From Octopus sinensis (Eukaryota), in contig NC_043004.1 in assembly GCF_006345805.1 (NCBI RefSeq), forward strand, positions 7,316,001-7,380,000: 64,000 bases of DNA, given 5' to 3'. This document shows positions 11,659 to 25,110 of the stretch, in pieces. Both the position numbers and the translations under genes were made by a program. The notes beneath the pieces are model-generated. The model ran no database searches and was not told the origin of the DNA. It saw only the letters and a program-made list of their open reading frames with translations. Numbering within the stretch: position 1 is the stretch's first letter; the number at the start of each line of letters is the position of its first letter.

Positions 11659-11739
11659 GTATATGTATATGTATGTTATGTATGTATTATGTATGTATGT
11701 ATGTATGTATGTAGTATGTATGTATGTATGTATGTATTC

Positions 11740-12020
11740 TATTGTGCTGGGGAGAGTCATTCGCTTTTTGTGCCTTATTACTTGACTCACCCACTAGTTC
11801 GATTTCCACTCATTTACTTATTTATTTTCTTCCTATAATTTTCGTTCCGACTCTTCAATAGTCGTTGACTCGCTATTGAAGAGAGTCAACGACTATTGAA
11901 GAGTTTGTAAGACGCAACGAAAATTGTAGAAAAAAAAAAAAATAAATGAGTGGAAATCGAACTAGTGGGTGTGTTAAGTAATAAGTCACTAAAAGAGAAT
12001 GACTCTCTTCAGGCACAATA
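11740..12020. repeat. About 280-bp imperfect foldback element (copies about 15306-15577 and 17735-18021)
   Basis: attgtgctggggagagtcattc...gatttccactcattt pairs with aaatgagtggaaatc...gaatgactctcttcaggcacaat. Confidence 0.85.
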
Positions 12021-12199
12021 AAATACGCTTCAACACACGGATTCACATGAAGAATATTGCAAACCGAATACAAAAACGAAATTTATATACTCCTTTATTC
12101 TTTCATTATTTTACTGCTTTCAACCATTGTCTGTGTCCAAGTTGGGGCACTGCCTTTCACTGTTTTGGGGTCTCCTTTCGGTACTGTTTTTGGTGAAGT

Positions 12200-12465
12200 A
12201 GCGAGTTGGACGAAGCTGCTCTTCTTTGTGCCTCTTGCCGCGATGTGGGCTCATCTGTATACCTTTCTTCCCTTCTCTCTTGAGAGTAGAGCTTCAGTTC
12301 TTGTAGCTTCTCCCAGTTGCTCATCTCTTTCACCGAGTCAATCTTCATTGTGTACTGACATTGGATAGCCTCGAGTCCAGTCACGAATTTGACTCTCTGT
12401 GGCGAATACAGTTGGAAGCAGTAATCCAGACGACCGAAGTCAAATGTTCTCCATAGGCGTAGCAA
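12200..12465 (-). mobile_element. CR1/L2-like LINE 3' fragment (longer paralogous copy about 18200-18720)
   Basis: LDYCFQLYSP..LEAIQCQYTMKIDSVKEMSNWEKLQELKLYSQERREERY is typical of the CR1/L2 post-RT region. Confidence 0.8.
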
Positions 12466-12762
12466 GGTATCTTTGTTTGTGGTTTTAAGAAGTTTGATTC
12501 AAAACCACATGGTTTCAGGTTCAGTCTCAATGTGTGGTACCTTGTGCAAGTGTCTTCTGCCTTATATTTATAAACACACACACAGGCCCCCGCCCACAAA
12601 AACACACGCACACCTTGTTTCAGCCACATCAGGTCAGCAATAAAATAGCATTTCTATAAATATGAATGAGAACGACAGTTCAGTCATGCATGCTGTGTGA
12701 TTTTCATTACACAATAACATCAGAGACACTTAAGTATAACCAATTGTAGAAATATGATAATA

Positions 12763-13997
12763 TTAGGTTGTCACACATAAAATGTCGCATTTTTAATTAC
12801 CTGTTATTTCAATCACGTAAAAACAATTGTGTAAACCTTTGGATTTAATCTTGAATCTTTTTCTTTCCAAACAATATTGGTATACAAAATTAGTACTCAC
12901 AAACCTTATGGAAATGATAACAACCAAACAATGCCAAGTGATTTTCTTGTGTGAGTACAAACTAGGTCGCTCTGCCGCAGAAGCTCTACGGAATATCAAG
13001 CGGGCCTTTGGTAATGGTTTTGTTGACATCAGAACTGTTTAGAGGTGGTTCTAAAGATTACGTTCAGGTGATAGCCTTGAAAATGAACCAAGATGATGGC
13101 CAAAATCTCGGCATGATGGATTAAATGCTTTGGTTGAATAAAATCCGAGAACAACTGTTCGAAAACCTTCATCAGAACTCCAAACATCTCGCACAGCTGT
13201 TTCTCGACACCTGAGAAAAATTTCGAAAGTTAAAAAATAGATAGGTTTGTCCCACATCAACTGAACGAGATTCAAAAGTACAGGCACCTTGAAGTGTTCT
13301 CTTTATTGCTTCCTCCACTGGAAAAAGAACCATTTTTGCATCGAATGTAATGAGAAATGTGATGAAAATGGATACTCTTGGACAACTACAGGAGAACAGG
13401 ACAGTGATTAAATGTAGGAGAGTCACCTAAACACTACCCAAATCCACCATTGAACCTTAAAATATTAATAGTCACTATATGGTTGTCTGCAAAAGGTGTT
13501 ATTCCTTATTCATTTTTGCAACAAGGAAAAACGGTAACAACAACATCGTATTGCCAGGAAATTGATCGTACGCATGAGAATTTGAAAAAGAAGCAACCCA
13601 GACTAGTGAATAGAGACGGCCCAGTTTTGCTCCACAACAATGCATGTCCTCTCATTTCTCAAGCTACGTTCCAAAATCCTGAATTATGAGATTTTGCAAA
13701 ATCTTCCCTGTTCCTCTGATATCTCTTCTACTGATTATAGCTTATTTAAGCATTGTGAGCTTTTCATACGCAATAATAGTTTCTTAAATGGAGAAGAGGT
13801 AATGGAAGCATTCGGAAAGTTTATCACAGCCAAAGTTCAAATTTTTTTAAAGATGGAATATATGACTTAGAGAGACGCTGGGTAGAGGTCATAAATGAAA
13901 ATGGATCATGCTTAGATTAAATAAATCAGTTCTCTAACACATTTGAAACATGTTATTGTTACCCTTCAAATACGAGATTTCATGTATGACAACCTAA
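12763..13997 (+). mobile_element. Full-length degenerate mariner transposon (1235 bp)
   Basis: TIRs TTAGGTTGTCACACATAAAATGTCGCATTT and revcomp TTAGGTTGTCATACATGAAATCTCGTATTT differ at 4 of 30 positions, with TA on both sides. Transposase remnants include GRSAAEALRNIKRAFG, a CDEKWILLDN-like motif, LLHNNACP and SSDISSTDYSLF, with many stops and frameshifts. Confidence 0.95.
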
Positions 13998-14024
13998 TAT
14001 GATGATCATATTATGTATGTATGT

Positions 14025-14056
<32 letters not shown>

Positions 14057-14289
14057 ACACACACAAACATACACACACACACACACAGATATATATATAT
14101 ATATTATACACACACACACACACATACATTATTTACATTTGACGGATATTTGTCCACATTTTGTTTGTTGTTAACACACGTTTCCGCTGATATACCCTCC
14201 AGCCTTCATCAGGTGTCTTGGGGAAATTTCGAACCTGTTTCTCATTCCTCATTTTCGGTGTTGGTTTTTCGGTTTGTTGTTGTTGTTGT

Positions 14290-14328
14290 GTGTTATTATT
14301 ATTATTATATTATTATTATTATTAATTG

Positions 14329-14369
<41 letters not shown>

Positions 14370-14372
14370 TTA

Positions 14373-14417
<45 letters not shown>

Positions 14418-14430
14418 ATTATTATTATTC
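14290..14430. repeat. (ATT)n microsatellite
   Basis: Direct reading of the sequence. Confidence 0.95.
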
Positions 14431-14752
14431 GGGTCTCCGCCTGGAATCCAAATCGGAATCTTGGGCTTAGTAGCCCGCACTATTAACCACTTTGCCCATG
14501 GGCATATGGCATAGTGGTTAAGAGCGCGGACTACTAACTCCAAGATTCCGAGTTCGATTCCATACATACATACATACATACGTATATACATACATAATAC
14601 ATACATAAAGCATACATACATAACACATAGATACATACACATACACATATATTTGAGTGTGTACGCGTGAGTGAAAATATGTGGTTTTGTAACAATTTCT
14701 AATTCTATATTGTACGACATGAATAATATCCAATTTAATTTATTTTGTATAG

Positions 14753-14959
14753 ATCGTTGCAGAAACATGCGAGAGGGATCAGAACTCCGCGTGCCTGGAA
14801 AATGTAGACAGTACTTGAGATGTTACAACGGAAAAGCAGTAGAGAAATGCTGTCAGTGGGGTTATTCTTTTAAACCAGGAAGAGGATGTCGTCGTGATTA
14901 TGACTGCAAGGAAAAGTGCGATTCAACACATCCAACACCAGACCCACATGGTCTCCAAG
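14753..14959 (+). CDS. Exon copy 6: CBM14-like 8-Cys domain
   Basis: AG/GT boundaries, 207 bp, open frame, with the MREG variant. Confidence 0.85.
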
Positions 14960-14974
14960 GTATGTAATATCCGC

Positions 14975-15049
<75 letters not shown>

Positions 15050-15260
15050 GATAATTCACAAAAAAAAAAGATGAAGACAGGTGGCGTAGATAACAAACAG
15101 ATGTATTAGTTTAACACCCGGGAAGTGAAAAAGTCTTTAACGTTTCGAGCCTACGCTCTTCCACAGAAAGGAACACAAAAAGAAACAAGGAGAGAAAATA
15201 AATAATGTGTAGTGGCTAGCGACACACGCACACACACACGCACACACACACACATACAGA

Positions 15261-15303
<43 letters not shown>

Positions 15304-15987
15304 TCTATTGTATCTGCAGATAGTTGTTCGATTCGTGTGCCTGATTACTTAACACACCCACCGTTTCGATTTCCCCTCATTTACTTATTTATTTTTTCCT
15401 AAAATTTTCGTCCCGTCTTTCAACCTCTTCAGAAGTCACCGACTCTGTATTGAAGACTCAACGCCTATTGAAGAGGTTGCCAGACACAACGAAAATAAAT
15501 AAGTAAATGATTGGAAATCGAACCGGTGTATTAAATAATAAGGCACTAAAAGAGAATGACTCTCTCCAGACACAATAAAATATGCTTCAACACACGAATT
15601 CGCATGAGGAATACTGCAAATAAAATATGAATGAAGATTACGAATATTAGTGTGTATACATGTTGTTTCAGGACAATTAGTACCTATGAATATATAGATT
15701 AGTATAATTAATATCTAAATAGTACATATAACTTTACTTTCATTCATTAATTATCTTCTTTTTTATTTTCATTCCAACCTTCACTCAATAATTCATCATA
15801 TATTTTGTGTTCTCCGCATCTAGTTTTTCCCTTCTTCTATCCGAATCTATGGAAACACATTTCAGCACAATTACTTCTGCTTTCTATTTTCCCTTAATCT
15901 ACATATATTCTCTCTTTATCTTCCTATTAATTAATAATTTTATTACTTTAATCAATTTAGTATATTAACATTGCTTAGCCTTATATT

Positions 15988-16046
<59 letters not shown>

Positions 16047-16615
16047 ATATATATATATATTATATATATATATGTATGTATATGCATACGTATGTACATA
16101 TATGTGTGTGTGTATGTGTGAGTATTTGTACATTTATAACGCACATGCGTGCATATATATTTATTATTGAATGCCTAATTATTTCACCTCTCTACTCTCA
16201 TAATTTAATAAACAGTCTATCGTTTTTTTATACATCACCATTTTTCGTATTTTCGCATGGCTTTGTCTGTATTATCATTATTTATATTATTCTATGAATA
16301 ACTATATATTTTTTTATAACTGTATCTATTTTTATAACTGTGTATACATTTTTATATATAATGGTACACTGTGTTATTCCTGTCTTTATGTTTTCATTTT
16401 ATTTTCAATATAATAAATTTCTTTGTACATCTATCCATGAAGGTATTCTCACTAGCAGCAATTCACAAAATAATTCGCAAAATAATTTAATTAATTTACA
16501 GTAAATTTAATTAACTTTTATGATGCAAGTGATGAATTAAAACAATTGTAAGTCTGGTCTTGTCAATGTTAATAAACTTCCATTAATCTTATCTCCATCT
16601 TCTCTCTTGTTCTGT

Positions 16616-16652
<37 letters not shown>

Positions 16653-16849
16653 CATATATATATATACATATATATATATAATATACGTATAAAATTAGAA
16701 ATATAGCTGAGGGTAGTGATATCAAATTACCTCATCCACTAAACGCCACGTATCAGAGAATGTTCCAAGTCGTTAAAGTGTATGATACGTAACGGTTGTG
16801 ACCTAGCATGGTCGCAGCTCTGGGGTGGAAACTAGTACAAGAGAAAAGA

Positions 16850-16952
<103 letters not shown>

Positions 16953-17123
16953 GTGTGTTTGTGCGTATGCTTTAAGTTCGTTCATGCGAAATGTTTTTGA
17001 GTGCGCACATAAAAAGCTCCTGTATATGCTTGTGTGTGTACGAGTGAGTGAATATATGTGGGATCTTTCACAATTTCCAATTGTCCGACATGAATCATAC
17101 CCAATTTATTCTACTCTGTATAG

Positions 17124-17330
17124 ATCGTTGCAGAAACATGCCAGAGGGATCAGAACTCCGCGTGCCTGGAAAATGTAGACAATACTTGAGATGTTACAAC
17201 GGAAAAGCAGTAGAGAAATGCTGTCATTGGGGTTATTCTTTTAAACCAGGAAGAGGATGTCGCCGTGATTATCACTGCAAGGAAAAGTGCGATTCAACAC
17301 ATCCAACACCAGACCCACATGGTATCCAAG
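17124..17330 (+). CDS. Exon copy 7: CBM14-like 8-Cys domain
   Basis: AG/GT boundaries, 207 bp, open frame, with CCHW, RDYHC and HGIQG variants. Confidence 0.85.
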
Positions 17331-17359
17331 GTATGTAACACCCACATATATATATCTAT

Positions 17360-17393
<34 letters not shown>

Positions 17394-17677
17394 ATATATA
17401 TATGTATATATATATATTATATATAATTATTATATATATATATATATACTAACTAACTAACTAACAATATAGGATGAAGTCCCTTTCTCTACAGAAAGGA
17501 ATCATCAGGAAGCGTGGGCAGTAATATTTAAAAAAACCGTTACGGTTGAAGTATAAACATCATATAATTAACGGCTAAAGAGGGTTATTCTAAAGCCAAT
17601 ACACTGATTTATCCACTTATAATCCGCTTGCTACAGTGTATTGGCTTTAGAATAACCCTCTTTAGCCCTTAATTATA

Positions 17678-17729
<52 letters not shown>

Positions 17730-18902
17730 TCTAGTGTGTGCCTGGGGAGAGTCATTCGCTTTTTGTGCCTTATTACTTAACACACTCACTAGTTCGATTT
17801 TAACTCATTTACTCATTTATTTTTTTCCTAAAATTTTCGTTCTGTCTTGCAAAATCTTCAATAGTCGTTGACTCTCTATTGTAGAGTGAACGACTATTGA
17901 AGAGTTTGTAAGACGCAACGAAAATTGTAGAAAAAATAAATAAGTAAATGAGTGGAAATCAAACTAGTGGGTGTGTTAAATAATAAGTCACTAAAACAGA
18001 ATGATTTTCCCCAGGCACAATAATATACGCTTCAACACACGGATTCACATGAAAAATATTGCAAAGCGAATACAAAAACGAAACTTATATATTCTTTTAG
18101 TTTTTCATTATTTTACTGGTTTCAACCAGTGTCTGTGTCCAAGTTGGGGCACTGCCTTTTACTGTTTTGGGGTCTCCTTTCGGTACTGCTTTTGGTGAAG
18201 TTGCGAGTTGGACGAAGCTGCTCTTCTTTGTGCCTCCTGCTCTGATGTGGGCTCATCTGAGATTGCAGATAGAAATTCGTCCAAGTGCATTTTGAATGTT
18301 TCCAAATGTACACTTTGCAGATCTTTTAAGTTCCTTTGCAGGATGTTGAACAGTTATGATCCTCTGAAACGGAAGCTGCAATTATGGGTCCTTATCTGAG
18401 ATGAAGAAGACGGTATCTTTGGTATTGGGCAGTGCCGTCCAGTTCTGTGTTTGATATAGTTTCTAATTCCAAATTTGGAAGCTAGACCTTCCAGTGTCCT
18501 CCATATGTACATCTCTGTATACCTTTCTCGCCTTCACTCCCCGGAGTAGAGCTTCAGTTCTTGGAGCTTCTACCAGTTGCTCATATCTTTCACCGAGTCA
18601 TTCTTCTTTGTGTATTGACATTGGATAATCTCGAGTCCAGTCACGAATTTGACTCTCTGTGGCGTCTACAGTTGGAAGCAGTAATCCAGATGACTGAAGA
18701 CAAATGTTCTCCATAGGCGTAAGCAAGGTATCTTTGTTTGTGGTTTTAAGAAGTTTGATTCAAAACCACATGGTTTCAGGTTCAGTCCCAAAGTGTGGTA
18801 CCTTGTGCAAGTGCCTTCTCGCTCTCTCCCCCTCTCCCCCTCTCTGTCTGTCTGTCTGTCCGTCCGTCAATCCGTCCGTATGTCTGTCTGTCTGTCTGTT
18901 TG

Positions 18903-19010
<108 letters not shown>

Positions 19011-19256
19011 TAACTCTTTTTAAACACTTCAAGGTCAGAATTCAAGTATCATTTCTTTAGATATGAGTGAGAACATTATGCATGTTGTGTGAATTTTTAT
19101 TACATAATAACACTGGAGACATTTAACTTTAAACAATTATGTATATATATATATATATATACATATATAAAAATATGTATATATGCATATGTAGTAGATG
19201 TATGTATGTATGTATATATATATATATAAATATATAATATGTATATATATGTATTA

Positions 19257-19327
<71 letters not shown>

Positions 19328-19496
19328 CGTAATGTACGTATATAAGTACAAATGTAAGTGGGGGTAGCGACATCAAACTACCTTATTCACTAACGCCACT
19401 CGTATCAGAGAATGTTTTTAAAGTAGTGAAAACATGGTATGGCCAACGGCGGTGTCCCAGAATTGCTGCAGCTCACGAAGTGAAATTAGTAAAAGA

Positions 19497-19870
19497 CTAG
19501 CAGTATCGCCCGGCGTTGCTCAGGTTTGTAGGGAAATAACTATTAAAGCATTTTTAGAGAGTTATAGCCAAAAGATAGCAAAAAAATGGAAAAAAATATG
19601 GTAAATTTCTTTTGAGAGTAAAAAAAGGTGGAGTTGCGTCCATAGACAGTTTGCAGTTTGTGTTTCTGTTCTCGACCCCATGTCGATTTATCGATTTTTT
19701 CAGAACTGGGGGAACTTTCAAAATTTCGCTGCGTTAGTTTTGAATTATGACATTGGGCTATGTGTGTGTCAAGTTTTCATCAGAATCGGTTGAAAAGCCG
19801 TGGTCAGGGTGAGGGTACGAAAAACAGACACACAGAAACACACAGACAAATGCCGTTATATATAGAGAGA
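19497..19870 (-). mobile_element. Non-autonomous Helitron-like element
   Basis: On the minus strand it starts TC and ends CTAG, between A and T. Its 3' terminus (+ strand ctagcagtatcgcccggcgttgctc) is shared with three other copies. Confidence 0.7.
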
Positions 19871-19885
19871 TAAAAGATAATATAC

Positions 19886-19929
<44 letters not shown>

Positions 19930-20286
19930 GGACGGACGGACGGACGCTAGTCAATGGGCTCCACGTAAGTTGGTCATTTTGTACGTTGAAAATTATTTAT
20001 TGTGAAATATTTTGTGTTTAAAAGTTGTGAAAACAACATCCACTGTAAACCTTTGATAAATATCTCCAAAAATTTTGCCCCTGTGGGCAAAATTTAAAAG
20101 AAAAATTCTCATAGCCTTCGTGGTTTCATTTAGCCATTTTATTTCCAAAATGGCCACTGGTCACCACGAGGCTGAGGTGCAAGTCAACCGTGACGCAGAG
20201 GCAGAAAAACAGGATGCTGTTACCTTACGCTGAACCTGACAACTCCGCCACCATCAACATCGACAACAGCAACAAATACAAAACAA

Positions 20287-20386
20287 NNNNNNNNNNNNNN
20301 NNNNNNNNNNNNNNNNNNNNNNNNNNNNNNNNNNNNNNNNNNNNNNNNNNNNNNNNNNNNNNNNNNNNNNNNNNNNNNNNNNNNNN
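20287..20386. other. Assembly gap (100 N)
   Basis: Run of exactly 100 N, so the true size and contiguity are unknown. Confidence 1.
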
Positions 20387-20673
20387 TGTATTTATATTGA
20401 ATATATACATGTGTGTGTGTCTGAGTGTGTATGTACATATGTATATAGAGGAGTAAATGTAAGGAAAAGCAAGTCAGGCAAGACGACAGACAGAGAATAA
20501 TTTAATACAAAAAATGTCCATACGCATGCGTATAAAATAGTCCGACTTACATGGAAAATAAATGATATCAGGAGTTAAACGGATTGAGTCTTACGAGTCC
20601 AACAGCTGTTTCTGGGGGCTTGGTGGTCTGGAATAATGATATATGCATATATGTGTGTATGTATGTGTAGTAT

Positions 20674-20727
<54 letters not shown>

Positions 20728-21282
20728 ATAATCAAAATATGCAACAAGGATATCCAAGGTAGTGTAGTACAATCGTTTCATGCTACTTCAGTTTAAAATG
20801 TCGAGCAATCTTCAGCCACATATAGAATTTTTTAATTAAACGGATAATGCACATTTTTATACTTGAGGAAGGATTTATGGCTTTGACATTTGTACTACCC
20901 CTTCCTCTATCTATAAATAGAAAAATTCTTGCTTGTCTCCATTGAACCAAGAATAGAAACCACCTCCCCACTGATAGATCTAAATAACAAAGTGAAAGCA
21001 GTGATATAAAAATCTACAGATGGAGAAGAACATACTACCACCATGTTCTTAATGATGAAATTAACCTCTCTGTCTATATATCTACTCTCTTTGTAATGTT
21101 GGCAAATGAAATAAGTATAAAAATGTGCACAGTCCGTTTAATTAAAAAATTCTATATGTGGCTGAAAATGCTCGACATTTTAAAACTGATGTAATACTTA
21201 CGTTGTTTAATTAAAGAAATGATAGTACATGAAACGATTTACTACACTACCTTTGGATATCCTTGTTGTCTTATTTGATTAT
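20728..21282. repeat. Long imperfect inverted repeat element (arms 20728-20864 and 21113-21282)
   Basis: caacaaggatatcc..aaaatgtcgagca..cagccacatatagaattttttaattaaacgga..gcacatttttatactt is mirrored, with an insertion of about 30 bp in the right arm. Confidence 0.8.
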
Positions 21283-21436
21283 AATCACCCCATTTGATTT
21301 ATATGGATATACCATACAAAATCTGGTGCCTTTACCTTAAGTACCATATTCCTCTGAATCTTAAATTTTGGTGACTTATATATATATACACATATATATA
21401 TATATCTATATATAATATATATATATTATATATATA

Positions 21437-21492
<56 letters not shown>

Positions 21493-21616
21493 TGATCATA
21501 GATAGATAGATATATAGATAGAATGATAGATTATATAGAATAGATAGATAGAGATCAAACTTACTTGGAAGAGGATGCGCGGCGTTCAATCAATCAAATA
21601 ATAAAATATATTATAT

Positions 21617-21673
<57 letters not shown>

Positions 21674-21871
21674 ATATATATATAATATATATATATATAT
21701 ACATGCGTTTACAAACAAACAACATAAAGAACGACCCTTCATCAGTTGTTGGGTGTTTTTCTATTCCATTTGTGTCTTCGTTGTTCGAAGGAATAGTTCA
21801 TGTTCCATGTACTCGTGCTTCGTGTTTTTTTTTTTTGTTGTACACATGTCATGACGTCCTATGCCCACATA

Positions 21872-21909
<38 letters not shown>

Positions 21910-22613
21910 CATACATATGCGTGTGTCGGTGAGTGCTGTGAGTACTTGTGGGAGTAATATGGTGTTTATCTGTCTGTCTGTGCGTGCGCGCTCGCACGTG
22001 CAAAAATTTATTCTTTGAATTTGTTTCCAAAAAGAGTGAGTCTTTGGAATTTTGATAACATCAAATGTATTGAGGAATAACTATTTGAATTCCAAATGAG
22101 TCTTGAACATTCTCCATGTTCCTGAAGAATGTGTAGAATATGAAATAGATGTGTGGAAACTTCTGAAGACTGTGTGACTACGTATGTCTTACTTTTGCGT
22201 TTTGTAAAAGTTATTCTTCAGAGAGTTGAAGTCAGTCGATCACAAAGAAACGAAACTTTTAAAGTGAAGACAATTCCCAGGATTTGTAAATATGTAGTTT
22301 GTGTGTGTGTGTATGTTCTGTGTGACCATGTTTCTATAGTACGTAGGAGTTTGTGTGTGTGTGTGTATGTATGTGCGCGTGTCGTTACTACATGCATATG
22401 TGTCTTTGTAGATGTACACAATCAAGTGTATGCATGTATCCATTTAAAGAATCGCTGATGGAGAATCTTTGGAATGTCTTACAAATCCATATTGTGTCCC
22501 TGATCGGATTTAGAGGATGTGCATCAGTTCTTTGGGGTTTTTTTCGCTCTTTCTCAGAAAATTTTAGCATTTCTAGGTTTTTGTGAAGACCCTTAAATAT
22601 ATAACCTTATGCA

Positions 22614-22915
22614 GTGAAGGCGCGTGGCTTAGTGGTTAGGGGCATTCGGCTCGCGATTGTAAGGTCGTGAGTTCAATTCCGGCAACTCGTTGTGTCCTTC
22701 AGCAGGACACTTAATTTCATGTTGCTCCAGTCCACTCAGCTGACAAAAATGAGTTGTACCTTGTCACACTCTGTGTCACGCTGAATCTCCTTGAGGACTA
22801 CGTTAAGGGTACACGTGTCTGTGGAGTGCTCAGCCACTTGCACGTTAATTTCACGAGCAAGCTGTTCCGTTGATCGTAACAGCTGGGACCCTCGTCGTCC
22901 TAATCGACGGAGTGC
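22614..22915 (+). mobile_element. tRNA-derived SINE (related copies 55217-55505 +, 36440-36512 -)
   Basis: A box tggcttagtggtt, B box gagttcaattcc, and a shared body (gtccactcagctg..aaaaatgagttgtacc). Confidence 0.85.
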
Positions 22916-23930
22916 TTCTAATGAACATATAGCAACAGATCCAAATTTAGAGCCAGGATACAAAAGCTGTAAGTTCCGCCATAATTGTTCACCATAACTG
23001 TTCCCTTTTTCCTGGGGTAGGCAATGTATGCATGTATGTATGTTACATGTGTACCTGTACGCATGTATGTGTGTGTGTGTGTGTGTGTGTGTTCTTTCTC
23101 TTTTGATTTAAAGAGTAAATTTTGGCCGGTCACCATCTTGGTAGCGAGGTTGTGACGGAAAGCATCTTGTTTTGTTGATCATCCTTTAAATCTTAAAAAG
23201 GTCCTTACAGATTTTTTTTTAAGTCCCCAGATATCGCGTACATATGTATGAATGAAGGAGTTGCATTCTGGCCCCAACATCCCAAGTCCAGCCATCCTTT
23301 AATCTGTATGCGTTGCTCCACATCCTTTTGCTCCAAAGAAGCTGAAAGACTATCCTGAATACTGTCCATGGATGTCCTCTTTCTCTTGTATTTTTCTGAC
23401 CGGAAGGCAGCTGATTATCACAAGGGAACACATCCTTTTCTTGTGTACCCACACAACAATATCTGACAGGGTGCGGTGCTTTAACTTAGTGGCTAATTTA
23501 ATTTTGAAGTCCCAACAATATTTCTTTGACCCCTGGGTCCCAATATTTCAACTTTGTCTGTCCGTGTTTTCCTTTTTGTTCTCCTGTTCCAAACTGTACA
23601 TATTTGCATGAAAGAAATAAGATATTGCAGACCTATACAACCCAGCATAAAATACAGAAAGAAATCTAGCATTCTATGGCAATCATTATGGGCAATACAG
23701 ATCATTATGATCGTCATCATAACAATCAATATCATCTCATTCTAAATCTACATAGACGCGCGCGCGCATGCAATATGATGTGTGTGTGTGTGTGTGTGTG
23801 TATAGAGAGGCGTAACTATTATGGAAACAAGATCTCTTGTTTCATTGTACTAGCTATCTATACCTACATGTATATGTAAGTGTGTGTATACATATATATG
23901 CGTGTGTGTTTATATATATGCGTGTGTGTG

Positions 23931-23991
<61 letters not shown>

Positions 23992-24067
23992 ATCAATACA
24001 TGGAAAGAGAGAGAGAGTGTGTGTGTGTGTGTGTATACATAAATACCTGGAGAGAGAGAGAGTGAGA

Positions 24068-24099
<32 letters not shown>

Positions 24100-24107
24100 G
24101 TGTGTGC

Positions 24108-24138
<31 letters not shown>

Positions 24139-24454
24139 CACATAAATACCTGGAGAGAGAGAGAGAAAGAGTGTGTGTGTGTGTGTCTGCGCGCGTGTGT
24201 GTAGATCGGGAGGTATGTAGGTAGATAGGTGGGTGTTACGTGGGTGTATTTATGTGAATGTTTGGAGACCAGATGAAAATCAACCGCCATTTTATCTCAA
24301 ATTTTCAATTTGAGAACGGAAACATTTGATAAAAACTAGAAAAAAAATCTGAATATTTATCAGAAAAAGATTATATTTTATGGTTTATTTGAATATATTT
24401 TTGAATAAGGGGATACAATAAATAAATAACGATTTGATATTGTTGTTGTCGTTG

Positions 24455-24504
<50 letters not shown>

Positions 24505-24689
24505 GCGCCTGTTGTTTTTCTCTTTTTGTTGTTGTTGTTGTTGAAGTTTAAGTTCAAGTGGACCCTGGCTGAACAGACAAATTACCAAAGCCATCACCTC
24601 ATCTAACATTAATTAATCCTTAAGACGGTGGAAGGTGGGATATGAGGGCGATTTGGCTGCCTCTTCCAGCAGGTCTATAGTAAAGTGGT

Positions 24690-25110
24690 GATCTGGCAGA
24701 ATCGTTGCCTCGCCGGATAAAATGCTTAGCGGTATTTTGTTCGTCTTTACGATCTGAGTTCAAATTCCGCTGAGGGCGACTTTGCTTTTCATCCTTTCTG
24801 ATTCAATAGGATAAGCACTGGGATCGATGCAATCGATTATTCCCCCCCCCTATACCCACCACTCTAACCCCACCTGAAATTGCTGGCCTTGTGTAATTAA
24901 GACATCGAGCTGGTGGAATCGTTAGCACGTCGGATGAAATGATTAGCGACATTTCTTCTGGCGTTTTACGTTCTGAGTTCAAATCCTTGTTGAGATCAAT
25001 TTTGCCTTTCTTCCTTTCGGAGTCGATAAAATATAGTAGCAGGCAAGTACGGAGATCGAAGGTATAGACTTGTCCCCCTCCCCTCAAAATTACTAACCTT
25101 GAATCCTGCA
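24690..25110 (+). mobile_element. Two degenerate SINE copies of the family at 40116-40500
   Basis: Repeated aatgcttagcggtatt..ctgagttcaaattcc..ctttgcttttcatccttt segments. Confidence 0.7.

Noticed and set aside
20150-20286. GC-richer open stretch before the gap as a further exon of the chitin-binding gene
   Set aside because: It has no recognisable domain or convincing acceptor, and it is cut by the N gap, so it cannot be evaluated.
22614-22700. tRNA-like sequences (also about 14505, 28890, 36450 and 55220)
   Set aside because: They have A/B boxes but no complete cloverleaf or acceptor stem that I can build, and most continue into shared SINE bodies.
23219-23530. Non-repetitive minus-strand ORFs
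   Set aside because: There is no recognisable motif in any frame, and stops occur within short distances.
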